Shown here piece by piece: positions 26,142 through 39,200 of a stretch of DNA of 64,000 nucleotides. Position numbers and translations under genes: made by a program. Every line of letters begins with the position of its first letter. Within the stretch, counting starts at the first letter, position 1. Source of the DNA: Eledone cirrhosa (taxonomy: Eukaryota); NCBI GenBank assembly GCA_964016885.1, contig OZ024741.1, forward strand, positions 262,694,001 through 262,758,000, read 5' to 3'. Below the pieces are notes generated by a model. The model made no database searches. It was not told where the DNA came from and was given only the letters and a program-made list of their open reading frames with translations.

Positions 26142-28759
26142 GTTTCGCTTTACGAATGTTTCGACTTACGAATGTTTCGGCTTACGAGTGTTTTGACTTA
26201 CGAGATTTTTTACTTACGGGTGTTTCGACTTACGCGTGTTTCGGCTTACGAATGTTTTGACTTACGAGTGTTTTGACTTACAGGTGTTTTGACATACGAG
26301 TGTTTCGATACGAGTGTTTCGACTTACGAGTGTTCTGACTTACGAGTGTTTCGACTTACGAGTGTTCTGACTTAAGAGTGTTTCGACTTACGAGTGTTTC
26401 GACTTACGAGTGTTTCGGCTTACGAGTGTTTCGGCTCACGAGTGTTTCGACTTAAGAGTGTTTCGACTTACGAGTGTTTCGACTTACGAGTGTTTTGACT
26501 TACGGGTGTTTCGACTTACGAGTGTTTTGGTTTACGTGTGTTTCGACTTACGAATGTTTCGGCTTACGAGTGTTTCGACTTACGAGTGTTTTGACTTACG
26601 GGTGTTTCGACTTACGAGTGTTTTGGTTTACGTGTGTTTCGACTTACGAATGTTTCGGCTTACGAGCGTTTCGACTTACGAGTGTATAGACTTACGGTTG
26701 TTCTGACTTACGGGTATTCCGACTTACGAGTGATTTGGCATACGAGTGTTTCGACTTACGAGTGTTTCGGCTTACGAGTGTTTCGGCTTATGAGTGTTTT
26801 GACTTAAGGGTGTTTCGACGAGTGTTTCGATACGAGTGTTTCGACATGCGAGTTTTTTGACTTACGGATGTTTCGACTTACGGGTGTTTCGACTCACGAG
26901 TGTTTCTACTTACGAGTGTTTCGACTTACGAGTGTTCCGACTTACGAGTGTTTTGACTTACGAGTGTTCCGACTTACGAGTGTTTCGGCTTACGAGTGTT
27001 TCGGCTCACGAGTGTTCCGACTTACGAGTGTTCCGACTTACGAGTGTTTCGGCTACGGATGTTCCGACTTACGAGTATTTTCGGCTTACGAGTGTTTTGA
27101 CTTACGATTGTTTTGACTTACGGGTATTTCGGCTTACGAGTGTTTCGACTTACGAGTGTTTCGACTTACGAGTGTTTTTACTTACGGGTGTTTCGACTTA
27201 CGAGTGTTTTGGTTTACGTGTGTTTCGACTTACGAATGTTTCGGCTTACGAGTGTTTCGACTTACGAGTGTTTTGACTTACGGGTGTTTCGACTACGAGT
27301 GTTTTGGTTTACGTGTGTTTCGACTTACGAATGTTTCGTCTTACGAGTGTTTCGACTTACGAGTGTTTAAACTTACGAGTGTTTTGACTTACGGGTGTTT
27401 CGACTTACGAGTGTTTTGGTTTACGTGTGTTTCGACTTACGAGTGTTTCGACTTACGAGTGTTTTGACTTACGAGTGTTTTGACTTACGGGTGTTTCGAC
27501 TTACGAGTGTTTTGGTTTACGTGTGTTTCGACTTACGAATGTTTCGACTTACGAGTGTTTTGACTTACGATTGTTTCGGCTTACGAGTGTTTCGACTTAC
27601 GAGTGTTTCGGCTTACGAGTGTTTCGGCTTACGAGTGTTTTGACTTAAGGGTGTTTCGACGAGTGTTTCGATACGAGTGTTTCGACTTACGGGTGTTCTG
27701 ACTTACGAGTGTTCTGATTTACGGATGTTTCGACTTATGAGTGTTTCGACTACGAGTGTTTCGACTTACGAGTGTTTCGACTACGAGTGTTTCGACTTAC
27801 GAGTGTTCTGACTTACGAGTGTTCTGACTTACGAGTGTTCTGACTTACGAGTGTTCCGACTTACGAGTGTTCCGACTTACGAGTGTTTCGGCTTACGTGT
27901 GTTTCGGCTTACGAGTGTTTCGACTTACGAGTGTTCCGACTTACGAGTGTTTCGACTTACGAGTGTTTTGGCTTACGGTGTTTCGGCTTACGAATGTTTT
28001 GACTTACGTGTGTTTTGACTTACGAGTGTTCCGACTTACGGGTGTTTCGACTTACGAGTGTTTCGACTCACGAGTGTTCCGACCTACGAGGGTTTCGGCT
28101 TACGGGTGTTCCGACTTACGAGTATTTTCGGCTTACGAGTGTTTCGACTTACGAGTGTTTTGACTTACGATTGTTTCGGCTTACGAGTGTTTCGACTTAC
28201 GAGTGTTTTGACTTACGGTGTTTCGGTTTACGCGTGTTTCGACTTACGAGTGTTTTGACTTACGGGTGTTTTGACATACGAGTGTTTCGATACGAGTGTT
28301 CTGACTTACGAGTGTTCTGACTTACGAGTGTTCTGACTTACGGGTGTTCTGACTTACGAGTTTTCCGACTTACGAGTGTTTCGGCTTATGAGTGTTTCGG
28401 CTTACGAGCGTTTCGACTACGAGTGTTTCGACTTACGAATGTTTTTGCTTACGAGTGTTTCGACTTACGAATGTTTTTGCTTACGAATGTTTTTGCTTAC
28501 GAGTGTTCTGACTTACGAGTGTTTTGACTTACGAGTGTTCCGACTTACGAGTGTTTTGGTTTACGTGTGTTTCGACTTACGAATGTTTCGGCTTACGAGT
28601 GTTTCGACTTACGAGTGTTCCGACCTACGAGTGTTTCGGCTACGGATGTTCCGACTTACGAGTATTTTCGGCTTACGAGTGTTTTGACTTACGATTGTTT
28701 TGACTAACGATTGTTTCGGCTTACGAGTGTTTCGACTAACGAGTGTTTCGATTTACGAG

Positions 28760-30540
28760 TGTTTTGACTCACGGGTGTTTTGACTTACGATTGTTTCGGC
28801 TTACGAGTGTTTCGACTAACGAGTGTTTTGACTTACGATTGTTTCGGCTTACGAGTGTTTCGACTTACGAGTGTTTCGGCTTACGAGTGTTTCGGCTTAT
28901 GAGTGTTTTGACTTAAGGGTGTTTCGACGAGTGTTTCGATACGAGTGTTACGAGTGTTCTGACTTACGGGTGTTCTGACTTACGAGTGTTCCGACTTACG
29001 AGTGTTTCGGCTTATGAGTGTTTCGGCTTACGAGCGTTTCGACTAAGAGTGTTTCGACTTACGAATGTTTTTGCTTACGAGTGTTTCGACTTACGAATGT
29101 TTTTGCTTACGAATGTTTTTGCTTACGAGTGTTCTGACTTACGATTGTTTCGGCTTACGAGTGTTTCGACTTACGGTTGTTCTGACTTACGGGTATTCCG
29201 ACTTACGAGTGATTTGGCATACGAGTGTTTCGACTTACGAGTGTTTTCGGCTTACGAGTGTTTCGACTTACGAGTGTTTGGACTTACGATTGTTTCGGCT
29301 TACGAGTGTTTCGACTTACGAGTGTTTCGGCTTACGAGTATTTCGTCTTATGAGTGTTTTGACTTAAGGGTGTTTCGACGAGTGTTTCGATACGAGTGTT
29401 TCGACTTACGGGTGTTCTGACTTACGAGTGTTCTGATTTACGGATGTTTCGAATTATGAGTGTTTCGACTACGAGTGTTTCGACTTACGAGTGTTTCGAC
29501 AACGAGTGTTTCGACTTACGAGTGTTCTGACTTACGAGTGTTCTGACTTACGGGTGTTCTGACTTACGAGTGTTCCGACTTACGAGTGTTTCGGCTTATG
29601 AGTGTTTCGGCTTACGAGCGTTTCGACTACGAGTGTTTCGACTTACGAATGTTTTTGCTAACGAGTGTTTCGACTTACGAATTTTTTTGCTTACGAGTGT
29701 TTCGGCTTACGAGTGTTTCGACTTACGAGTGTTTTGACTTACGGGTGTTTTGACTTACGATTGTTTCGGCTTACGAGTGTTTCGACTAACGAGTGTTTTG
29801 ACTTACGATTGTTTCGGCTTACGAGTGTTTCGACTTACGAGTGTTTCGGCTTACGAGTGTTTCGGCTTATGAGTGTTTTGACTTAAGGGTGTTTCGACGA
29901 GTGTTTCGATACGAGTGTTACGAGTGTTCTGACTTACGGGTGTTCTGACTTACGAGTGTTCCGACTTACGAGTGTTTCGGCTTATGAGTGTTTCGGCTTA
30001 CGAGCGTTTCGACTACGAGTGTTTCGACTTACGAATGTTTTTGCTTACGAGTGTTTCGACTTACGAATGTTTTTGCTTACGAATGTTTTTGCTTACGAGT
30101 GTTCTGACTTACGATTGTTTCGGCTTACGAGTGTTTCGATTTACGGTTGTTCTGACTTACGGGTATTCCGACTTACGAGTGATTTGGCATACGAGTGTTT
30201 CGACTTACGAGTGTTTTCGGCTTACGAGTGTTTCGACTTACGAGTGTTTTGACTTACGATTGTTTCGGCTTACGAGTGTTTCGACTTACGAGTGTTTCGG
30301 CTTACGAGTGTTTCGTCTTATGAGTGTTTTGACTTAAGGGTGTTTCGACGAGTGTTTCGATACGAGTGTTTCGACTTACGGGTGTTCTGACTTACGAGTG
30401 TTCTGATTTACGGATGTTTCGAATTATGAGTGTTTCGACTACGAGTGTTTCGACTTACGAGTGTTTCGACTACGAGTGTTTCGACTTACGAGTGTTCTGA
30501 CTTACGAGTGTTCTGACTTACGGGTGTTCTGACTTACGAG
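28760..30540 (+). repeat. Local ~970-bp tandem duplication within domain B-type sequence
   Basis: Near-identical translated variant strings start at 28986 and 29956. Both copies share GTGATTTGGCATACG, TTTCGTCTTATGAG and GAATTATGAG. Confidence 0.85.
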
Positions 30541-31622
30541 TGTTCCGACTTGCGAGTGTTTCGGCTTACGAGTGTTTCGACATGCGAGTTTTTTGACTTA
30601 CGGATGTTTCGACTTACGGGTGTTTCGACTCACGAGTGTTTCTACTTACGAGTGTTTCGACTTACGAGTGTTCCAACTTACGATTATTTTGACTTACGAT
30701 TGTTCCGACTTACGAGTGTTTCGGCTTACGAGTGTTTCGGCTCACGAGTGTTTCGACTTACGAGTGTTCCGACTTACGAGTGTTTCGGCTACGGATGTTC
30801 CGACTTACGAGTATTTTCGGCTGACGAGTGTTTTGACTTACGATTGTTTCGACTTAAGAGTGTTTTGACTTACGAATGTTTTGATTTACGGGTGTTTCGG
30901 CTTACGAGTGTTTCGACTTACGAGTGTTTCGGCTTGCGAGTGTTTCGACTTACTAATGTTTTTCCTTACGAGTGTTTCGGCGTACGAGTGTTTCGACTTA
31001 CGAGTGTTTCGACTTACGGGTGTTTTGACTTACGGGTGTTTCGGCTTACGAGTGTTTCGACTTACGAGTGTTTCGACTTACGGGTGTTTCGATTACGAGT
31101 GTTTTGGCTTACGGTGTTTCGACTTACGAGTGTTTCGGCTTACGAGTGTTTTGACTTAAGGGTGTTTCGACTTACGAGTGTTTCGATACGAGTGTTTCGA
31201 CTTACGAGTGTTTCGGCTTACGAGTGTTTCGACTTACGAGTGTTTCGACTTACGAGTGTTCTGATTTACGGATGTTTCGACTTACGAGCGTTCTGACTTA
31301 CGAGTGTTTCGGCTTACGAGTGTTTCGGCTTACGAGTGTTTCGACTTACGAGTGTTTCGACTTACGAGTGTTCCGACTTACGGGTGTTTCGACTTACGAG
31401 TGTTTTGGCTTACGGTGTTTCGACTTACGAGTGTTTCGAGTTAAGAGTGTTTTGACTTACGCGTGTTTTGACATACGAGTGTTCTGACTTACGAGGGTTC
31501 TGACTTACGAGTGTTCTGACTTACGAGTGTTCTGACTTACGAGTGTTCTGACTTACGAGTGTTCCGACTTTACGAGTGTTTCGGCTCACGAGTGTTTCGG
31601 CTTACGAGTGTTTCGACTTACG

Positions 31623-31692
31623 AAAATAACAAATAGACGCGGTTTCAAATCTCTATGCTTTTCAAATTCATTACATTAATCTTTATTTATAC
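31623..31692 (+). repeat. AT-rich element copy 13 (consensus)
   Basis: Direct match. Confidence 0.96.
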
Positions 31693-32657
31693 GTTTCGCT
31701 TTACGAGTGTTTCGACTTACGAGTGTTTCGACATACGAGTGTTTCGACTTACGAATGTTTTTGCTTACGAGTGTTTCGGTTTACGAGTGTTCCCAATTAC
31801 GAGTGTTCCGACTTACGAGTGTTTCGGCTTACGAGTGTTTCCGTCTTACGAGTGTTTCGACTTACGAGTGTTTCGACTTATGAGTGTTTTGACTTACGGT
31901 GTTTCGGCTTACAAGTGATTCGACTTACGAATGTTTTGACTTACGGGTGTTTCGGCTTGCGAGTGTTTCGACGTACGAGTGTTTCGGCTTATGAGTGTTT
32001 CGACTTACTAATGTTTTACTTACGAGTGTTTCGGCGTACGAGTGTTTTGACTTACGAGTGTTTCGACTTACGAGTGTTTTGACTTACGAATGTTTTGACT
32101 TACGGGTGTTTCGGCTTACGAGTGTTTCGACTTACGAGTGTTTCGGCTTGCGAGTGTTTCGACTTACTAATGTTTTTACTTACGAGTGTTTCGGCGTACG
32201 AGTGTTTCGACTTACGAGTGTTTCGACTTACGGGTGTTTTGACTTACGGGTGTTTCGGCTTACGAGAGTTTCGACTTACGAGTGTTTTGACTTAAGGGTG
32301 TTTCGACTTACGAGTGTTTCGACTTACGAGTGTTTCGACTTACGAGTGTTTCGGATTACGAGTGTTTTGACTTAAGGGTTTTCGACTTACGAGTGTTTCG
32401 ATACGAGTGTTTCGACTTACGAGTGTTCTGACTTACGAGTGTTCTGACTTACGAGTGTTCTGACTTACAAGTGTTCTTACTTACGAGTGGTCCGACTTAC
32501 GAGTGTTCCCACTTACGAGTGTTTCGGCTTACGAGTGTTTCGGCTTACGAGTGTTTCGACTTACGAGTGTTTCGACTTACGAGTGTTCCGACTTACGGGT
32601 GTTTCGACTTCCGAGTGTTTTGGCTTACGGTGTTTCGGCTTACGAGTGTTTCGGCTT

Positions 32658-33344
32658 ACACTCGTAAGTCAGAACACTCGTAAGTCAGAACACTCGTATG
32701 TCAAAACACGCGTAAGTCAAAACACTCTTAACTCGAAACACTCGTAAGTCGAAACACCGTAAGCCAAAACACTCGTAAGTCGAAACACCCGTAAGTCGGA
32801 ACACTCGTAAGTCGAAACACTCGTAAGTCGAAACACTCGTAAGCCGAAACACTCGTAAGCCGAAACACTCGTAAGTCAGAACGCTCGTAAGTCAGAACAA
32901 TCGTAAATCAGAACACTCGTAAGTCGAAACACTCGTATCGAAACACTCGTATGTTAAAACACACGTAAGTCAAAACACTCGTAAGTCGAAACACTCGTAA
33001 GTCGAAATACTCGTATGTCGAAACATCCGTAAATCAGAACACTCGTAAGTCTAAACACTCGTAAGTCGAAACACTCGTAAGCCGAAACACTCGTAAGTCG
33101 AAACACTCGTAAGTCGAAACACTCGTATGTCGAAACATCCGCAAATCAGAACACTCGTAAGTCGAAACACCCTTAAGTCAAAACACTCGTAAGCCGAAAC
33201 ACTCGTAAGTCGAAACACCGTAAGCCAAAACACTCATAAGTCGAAACACCCGTAAGTCGGAACACTCGTATGTCGAAACACTCGTAAGTCGAAACACTCG
33301 TAAATCGAAACGTATAAATAAAGATTAATGTAATGAATTTGAAA
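32658..33344 (-). repeat. Inverted block of the same satellite (GAAACACTCGTAAGTC)n ending in a truncated AT-rich element
   Basis: The sequence switches to the reverse complement at ...TCGGCTT|ACACTCGTAAGTC and back at ...GAATTTGAAA|CTTACGAGTG. The only minus-strand ORF call (33051..33233) lies here. Confidence 0.98.
33312..33344 (-). repeat. Truncated inverted AT-rich element (3' 33 bp only)
   Basis: GTATAAATAAAGATTAATGTAATGAATTTGAAA is the reverse complement of TTTCAAATTCATTACATTAATCTTTATTTATAC. Confidence 0.96.
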
Positions 33345-34224
33345 CTTACGAGTGTTTCGACTTACGAGTGTTTTGACTTACGGTGTTTCGGCTTACGAGT
33401 GATTAGACTTACGAGTGTTTTGACTTACGGGTGTTTTGACTTACGGGTGTTGTGAATTACGAGTGTTCCGATTTACGAGTGTTTTGACTTACGGTGTTTC
33501 GGCTTACAAGTGATTCGACTTACGAATGTTTTGACTTACGGGTGTTTCGGCTTGCGAGTGTTTCGACTTACGAGTGTTTCGGCTTATGAGTGTTTCGACT
33601 TACTAATATTTTTACTTACGAGTGTTTCGGCGTACGAGTGTTTCGATACGAGTGTTTCGACTTACGAGTGTTTCGGCTTACGAGTGTTTCGACTTACGAG
33701 TGTTTCGACTTACGAGTGTTCTGATTTACGGATGTTTCGACATACGAGTGTTTCGACTTACGAGTGTTTCGACTTAGGAGTGTTTTGACTTACGGGTGTT
33801 TTGACATACGAGTGTTTCGATACGAGTGTTTCGACTTACGAGTGTTTTGACTTACGATTGTTCTGACTTTCGAGCGTTCTGACTTACGAGTGTTTCGGCT
33901 TACGAGTGTTTCGGCTTACGAGTGTTTCGACTTACGAGTGTTTCGACTTACGAGTGTTCCGACTTACGGGTGTTTCGACTTACGAGTGTTTTGGCTTACG
34001 GTGTTTCGACTTACGAGTGTTTCGAGTTAAGAGTGTTTTGACTTACGCGTGTTTTGACATACGAGTGTTCTGACTTACGAGTGTTCTGACTTACGAGTGT
34101 TCTGACTTACGAGTGTTCTGACTTACGAGTGCTCTGACTTACGAGTGCTCTGACTTACGAGTGTTCCGACTTTACGAGTGTTTCGGCTCACGAGTGTTTC
34201 GGCTTACGAGTGTTTCGACTTACG

Positions 34225-34294
34225 AAAACAACATATAGACGCGGTTTCAAATCTCTATGCTTTTCAAATTCATTACATTAATCTTTATTTATAC
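34225..34294 (+). repeat. AT-rich element copy 14 (AAAACAACATATAG variant)
   Basis: Direct match with two substitutions. Confidence 0.95.
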
Positions 34295-36139
34295 GTTTCG
34301 CTTTACGAGTGTTTCGACTTACGAGTGTTTCGACATACGAGTGTTTCGACTTACGAATGTTTTTGCTTACGGGTGTTTCGACTTACGAATGTTTTTGCTT
34401 ACGAGTGTTTCGGTTTACGAGTGTTCCGACTTACGAGTGTTCCGACTTTCGAGTGTTTCGGCTTACGAGTGTTTCCGGCTTACGAGTGTTTCGACTTACG
34501 AGTGTTTCGACTTACGAGTGTTTTGACTTACGGTGTTTCGGCTTACGAGTGATTAGACTTACGAGTGTTTTGACTTACGGGTGTTTTGACTTACGGGTGT
34601 TGTGAATTACGAGTGTTCCGATTTACGAGTGTTTTGACTTACGGTGTTTCGGCTTACAAGTGATTCGACTTCCGAATGTTTTGACTTACGGGTGTTTCGG
34701 CTTGCGAGTGTTTCGACCTACGAGTGTTTCGGCTTATGAGTGTTTCGACTTACTAATGTTTTTACTTACGAGTGTTTCGGCGTACGAGTGTTTTGACTTA
34801 CGAGTGTTTCGATTTACGAGTGTTTTGACTTACGAATGTTTTGACTTACGGGTGTTTCGGCTTACGAGTGTTTCGACTTACGAGTGTTTCGGCTTGCGAG
34901 TGTTTCGACTTACTAACGTTTTTACTTACGAGTGTTTCGGCGTACGAGTGTTTCGACTTACGAGTGTTTCGACCTACGGGTGTTTTGACTTACGGGTGTT
35001 TCGGCTTACGAGTGTTTCGACTTACGAGTGTTTTGACTTAAGGGTGTTTCGACTTACGAGTGTTTCGACTTACGAGTGTTTCGACTTACGAGTGTTTCGG
35101 ATTACGAGTGTTTTGACTTGAGGGTTTTCGACTTACGAGTGTTTCGATACGAGTGTTTCGACTTACGAGTGTTCTGACTTACGAGTGTTCTGATTTACGG
35201 ATGTTTTGACACACGAGTGATCGAATTACGAGTGTTTCGACTTACGAGTGTTTTGACTTACGGGTGTTTTGACATACGAGTGTTTCGATACGAGTGTTTC
35301 GACTTACGAGTGTTCTGACTTACGAGTGTTCTGACTTACGAGTGTTTCGGCTTACGAGTGTTTCCGGCTTACGAGTGTTTCGACTTACGAGTGTTTCGAC
35401 TTACGAGTGTTTTGACTTACGGTGTTTCGGCTTACGAGTGATTAGACTTACGAGTGTTTTGACTTACGGGTGTTTTGACTTACGGGTGTTGTGAATTACG
35501 TGTGTTCCGATTTACGAGTGTTTTGACTTACGGTGTTTCGGCTTACAAGTGATTCGACTTACGAATGTTTTGACTTACGGGTGTTTCGGCGTACGAGTGT
35601 TTTGACTTACGAGTGTTTCGACTTACGAGTGTTTTGACTTACGAATGTTTTGACTTACGGGTGTTTCGGCTTACGAGTGTTTTGACTTACGAGTGTTTCG
35701 GCTTGCGAGTGTTTCGACTTACTAATGTTTTTACTTACGAGTGTTTCGGCGTACGAGTGTTTCGACTTACGAGTGTTTCGACTTACGGGTGTTTTGACTT
35801 ACGGGTGTTTCGGCTTACGAGTGTTTCGACTTACGAGTGTTTTGAATTAAGGGTGTTTCGACTTACGAGTGTTTCGACTTACGAGTGTTTCGACTTACGG
35901 GTGTTTCGACTTACGAGTGTTTTGGCTTACGGTGTTTCGACTTACGAGTGTTTCGAGTTAAGAGTGTTTTGACTTACGCGTGTTTTGACATACGAGTGTT
36001 CTGACTTACGAGTGTTCTGACTTACGAGTGTTCTGACTTACGAGTGTTCTGACTTACGAGTGTTCTGACTTACGAGTGTTCCGACTTTACGAGTGTTTCG
36101 GCTCACGAGTGTTTCGGCTTACGAGTGTTTCGACTTACG

Positions 36140-36209
36140 AAAATAACATATAGACGCGGTTTCAAATCTCTGTGCTTTTCAAATTCATTACATTAATCTT
36201 TATTTATAC
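36140..36209 (+). repeat. AT-rich element copy 15 (ACATATAG; followed by GCTTTAGGAG)
   Basis: Direct match; carries a private CTGTGC change. Confidence 0.95.
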
Positions 36210-39200
36210 GTTTCGCTTTAGGAGTGTTTCGACTTACGAGTGTTTCGACATACGAGTGTTTCGACTTACGAATGTTTTTGCTTACGAGCGTTTCGGTTTA
36301 CGAGTGTTCCGACTTACGAGTGTTCCGACTTACGAGTGTTTCGTCTTACGAGTGTTTCCGGCTTACGAGTGTTTCGACTTACGAGTGTTTCGACTTACGA
36401 GTGTTTTGACTTACGGTGTTTAGGCTTACGAGTGATTAGACTTACGAGTGTTTTGACTTACGGGTGTTTTGACTTACGGGTGTTGTGAATTACGAGTGTT
36501 CCGATTTACGAGTGTTTTGACTTACGGTGTTTCGGCTTACAAGTGATTCGACTTACGAATGTTTTGACTTACGGGTGTTTCGGCTTGCGAGTGTTTCGAC
36601 TTACGAGTGTTTCGGCTTATGAGTGTTTCGACTTACTAATGTTTTTACTTACGAGTGTTTCGGCGTACGAGTGTTTTGACTTACGAGTGTTTCGACTTAC
36701 GAGTGTTTTGACTTACGAATGTTTTGACTTACGGGTGTTTCGGCTTACGAGTGTTTCGACTTACGAGTGTTTCGGTTTGCGAGTGTTTCGACTTACTAAT
36801 GTTTTTACTTACGAGTGTTTCGACTTAGGAGTGTTCTGACTTACGAGTGTTCTGATTTACGGATGTTTCGACACACGAGTGTTTCGACTTACGAGTGTTT
36901 CGACTTATGAGTGTTTCGACTTACGAGTCTTCTGACTTACGAGTGTTTTGACTTACGGGTGTTTCGACTTACGGGTGTTTCGACTTACGAGTATTTCGGC
37001 TTACGAGTGTTTCGACTTACTAATGTTTTTACTTACGAGTGTTTCGGTGTACGAATGTTTTGACTTAAGGATGTTTCGACTTACGAGTGTTTCGACTTAC
37101 GATTGTTTCGGCTTACGTGAGTTTCGACTTAAGAGTGTTCTGATTTACGAGTGTTCTGACTTGCGGGTGTTCTGATTTACGAGTGTTCCGACTTAAGAGT
37201 GTTCCGACTTAAGAGTGTTTCGACTTACGAGTGTTTTTACTTACGGTGTTTCGGCTTACGAGTGTTTCGACATACGAGTGTCTTGACTTACGGGTGTTTC
37301 GGCTTACGAGTGTTTCGACTTACGAGTGTTTCGGCTTACGAGTATTTCGACTTACTAATGTTTTTACTTACGAGTGTTTCGGCGTACGAGAGTTTTGACT
37401 TACGAGTGTTTCGACTTACGGGTGTTTCGGCTTATGAGTGTTTCGACTTACGAGTCTTTCGGCTTACGAGTGTTTCGACTTACTAATGTTTTTACTTACG
37501 AGTGTTTCGGCGTACGAGTGTTTCGACTTACGAGTGTTTCGACTTACGGGTGTTTTGACTTACCGGTGTTTCGGCTTACGAGTGTTTCGACTTACGAGTG
37601 TTTTGACTTAAGGGTGTTTCGACTTACGAGTATTTTTGGCTTACGAGTGTTTCGACTTACGAGTGTTTTGACTTACGAGTGTTCTGATTTACGGATGTTT
37701 CGACATACGAGTGTTTCGACTTACGAGTGTTTCGACTTATGAGCGTTTTGACATACGAGTGTTTCGGCTTACGAGTGTTTCGACTTACGAGTGTTTTGAC
37801 TTACGGTGTTTCGGCTTACGAGTGTTTCGACTTACGAGTGTTTTGACTTACGGGTGTTTCGACATACGAGTGTTTCGATACGAGTGTTCTGACTTACGAG
37901 TGTTCTGACTTACGAGTGTTTTGACTTACGAGTGTTCTGACTTACGAGTGTTCCGACTTACGAGTGTTCCGACTTACGAGTGTTTCGGCTTACGAGTGTT
38001 TCCGGCTTACGAGTGTTTCGGCTTCCGAGTGTTTTGACTTACGGTGTTTCGGCTTACGAGTGATTCGACTTACGAGTGTTTTGACTTACGGGTGATTTGA
38101 CTTACGGGTGTTGTGAATTACGAGTGTTCGGATTTACGAGTGTTTTGACTTACGGTGTTTCGGCTTACGAGTGATTCCACTGACGAATGTTTTGACTTAC
38201 GGGTGTTTCGGCTTGCGAGTGTTTCGACTTACGAGTGTTTCGGCTTATGGGTGTTTCGACTTACTAATGATTTTACTTACGAGTGTTTCGGCGTACGAGT
38301 GTTTTGACTTACGAGTGTTTCGACTTACGAGTGTTTCGACTTACGAGTGTTTCGGCTTACGTGAGTTTCGACTTAAGAGTGTTCTGATTTATGAGTGTTC
38401 TGACTTGCGGGTGTTCTGATTTACGAGTGTTCCGACTTACGAGTGTTTCGGCTTATTAGTGTTTCGACTTACGAGTGTTTCGGCTTACGAGTGTTTCGAC
38501 TTATGGGTGTTTCGACTTACGAGTGTTTTTACTTACGGTGTTTCGGCTTACGAGTGTTTCGACATACGATTGTTTTGACTTACGGGTGTTTCGACTTACG
38601 AGTGTTTTGACTTACGAATGTTTTGACTTACGGGTGTTTCGGCTTACGAGTGTTTCGACTTACGAGTGTTTCGGCTTACGAGTGTTTCGACTTACTAATG
38701 TTCTTACTTACGAGTGTTTCGGCGTACGAGAGTTTTGACTTACGAGTGTTTCGACTTACGAGTGTTTCGACTTACGAGTGTTTTGACTTACGAATGTTTT
38801 GACTTACGGGTGTTTCGGCTTACGAGTGTTTCGACTTACGAGTCTTTCGGCTTACGAGTGTTTCGACTTACTAATGTTTTTACTTACGAGTGTTTCGGCG
38901 TACGAGTGTTTCGACTTACGAGTGTTTCGACTTACGGGTGTTTTGACTTACGGGTGTTTTGACTTACGGGTGTTTCGGCTTACGAGTGTTTCGACTTACG
39001 AGTCTTTGTGACTTCCGAGTGTTTCGACTTACGGGTGTTTTGACTTACGGGTGTTTCGGCTTACGCGTGTTTTGACTTACGAGTGTTTTGACTTAAGGGT
39101 GTTTCGACTTACGAGTATTTTTGGCTTACGAGTGTTTCGACTTACGAGTGTTTTGACTTACGAGTGTTCTGATTTACGGATGTTTCGACATACGAGTGTT

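Larger units (their letters stand above)
10790..27380 (+). repeat. Domain B higher-order repeat, about 2.1 copies of a 7.6-8.1 kb unit
   Basis: The rare variant GTATAGAC occurs at 10897, 18958 and 26684. ORF-track offsets are 7582 (12053/19635, 12777/20359), 7662 (13400/21062, 16409/24071) and 7726 (17970/25696, 18684/26410). An internal ~2.58 kb duplication is visible (12777/15354, 13816/16409). Confidence 0.92.
1..32657 (+). repeat. 16-bp tandem satellite (GACTTACGAGTGTTTC)n, forward orientation, left block
   Basis: Continuous head-to-tail 16-mers with recurrent variants (TTTCGA/TTTTGA/TTCTGA/TTCCGA, GAC/GGC, CGAG/CGGG/CGAA) and occasional 9-17 bp indel monomers. The array runs off the window start. 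Confidence 0.99.

Noticed and set aside
32658-33344. Inverted block as a site-specific invertible switch or an intact transposon
   Set aside because: There is no recombinase or transposase gene and no dedicated inverted recombination sites at the two ends. The breakpoints look like a one-off rearrangement.
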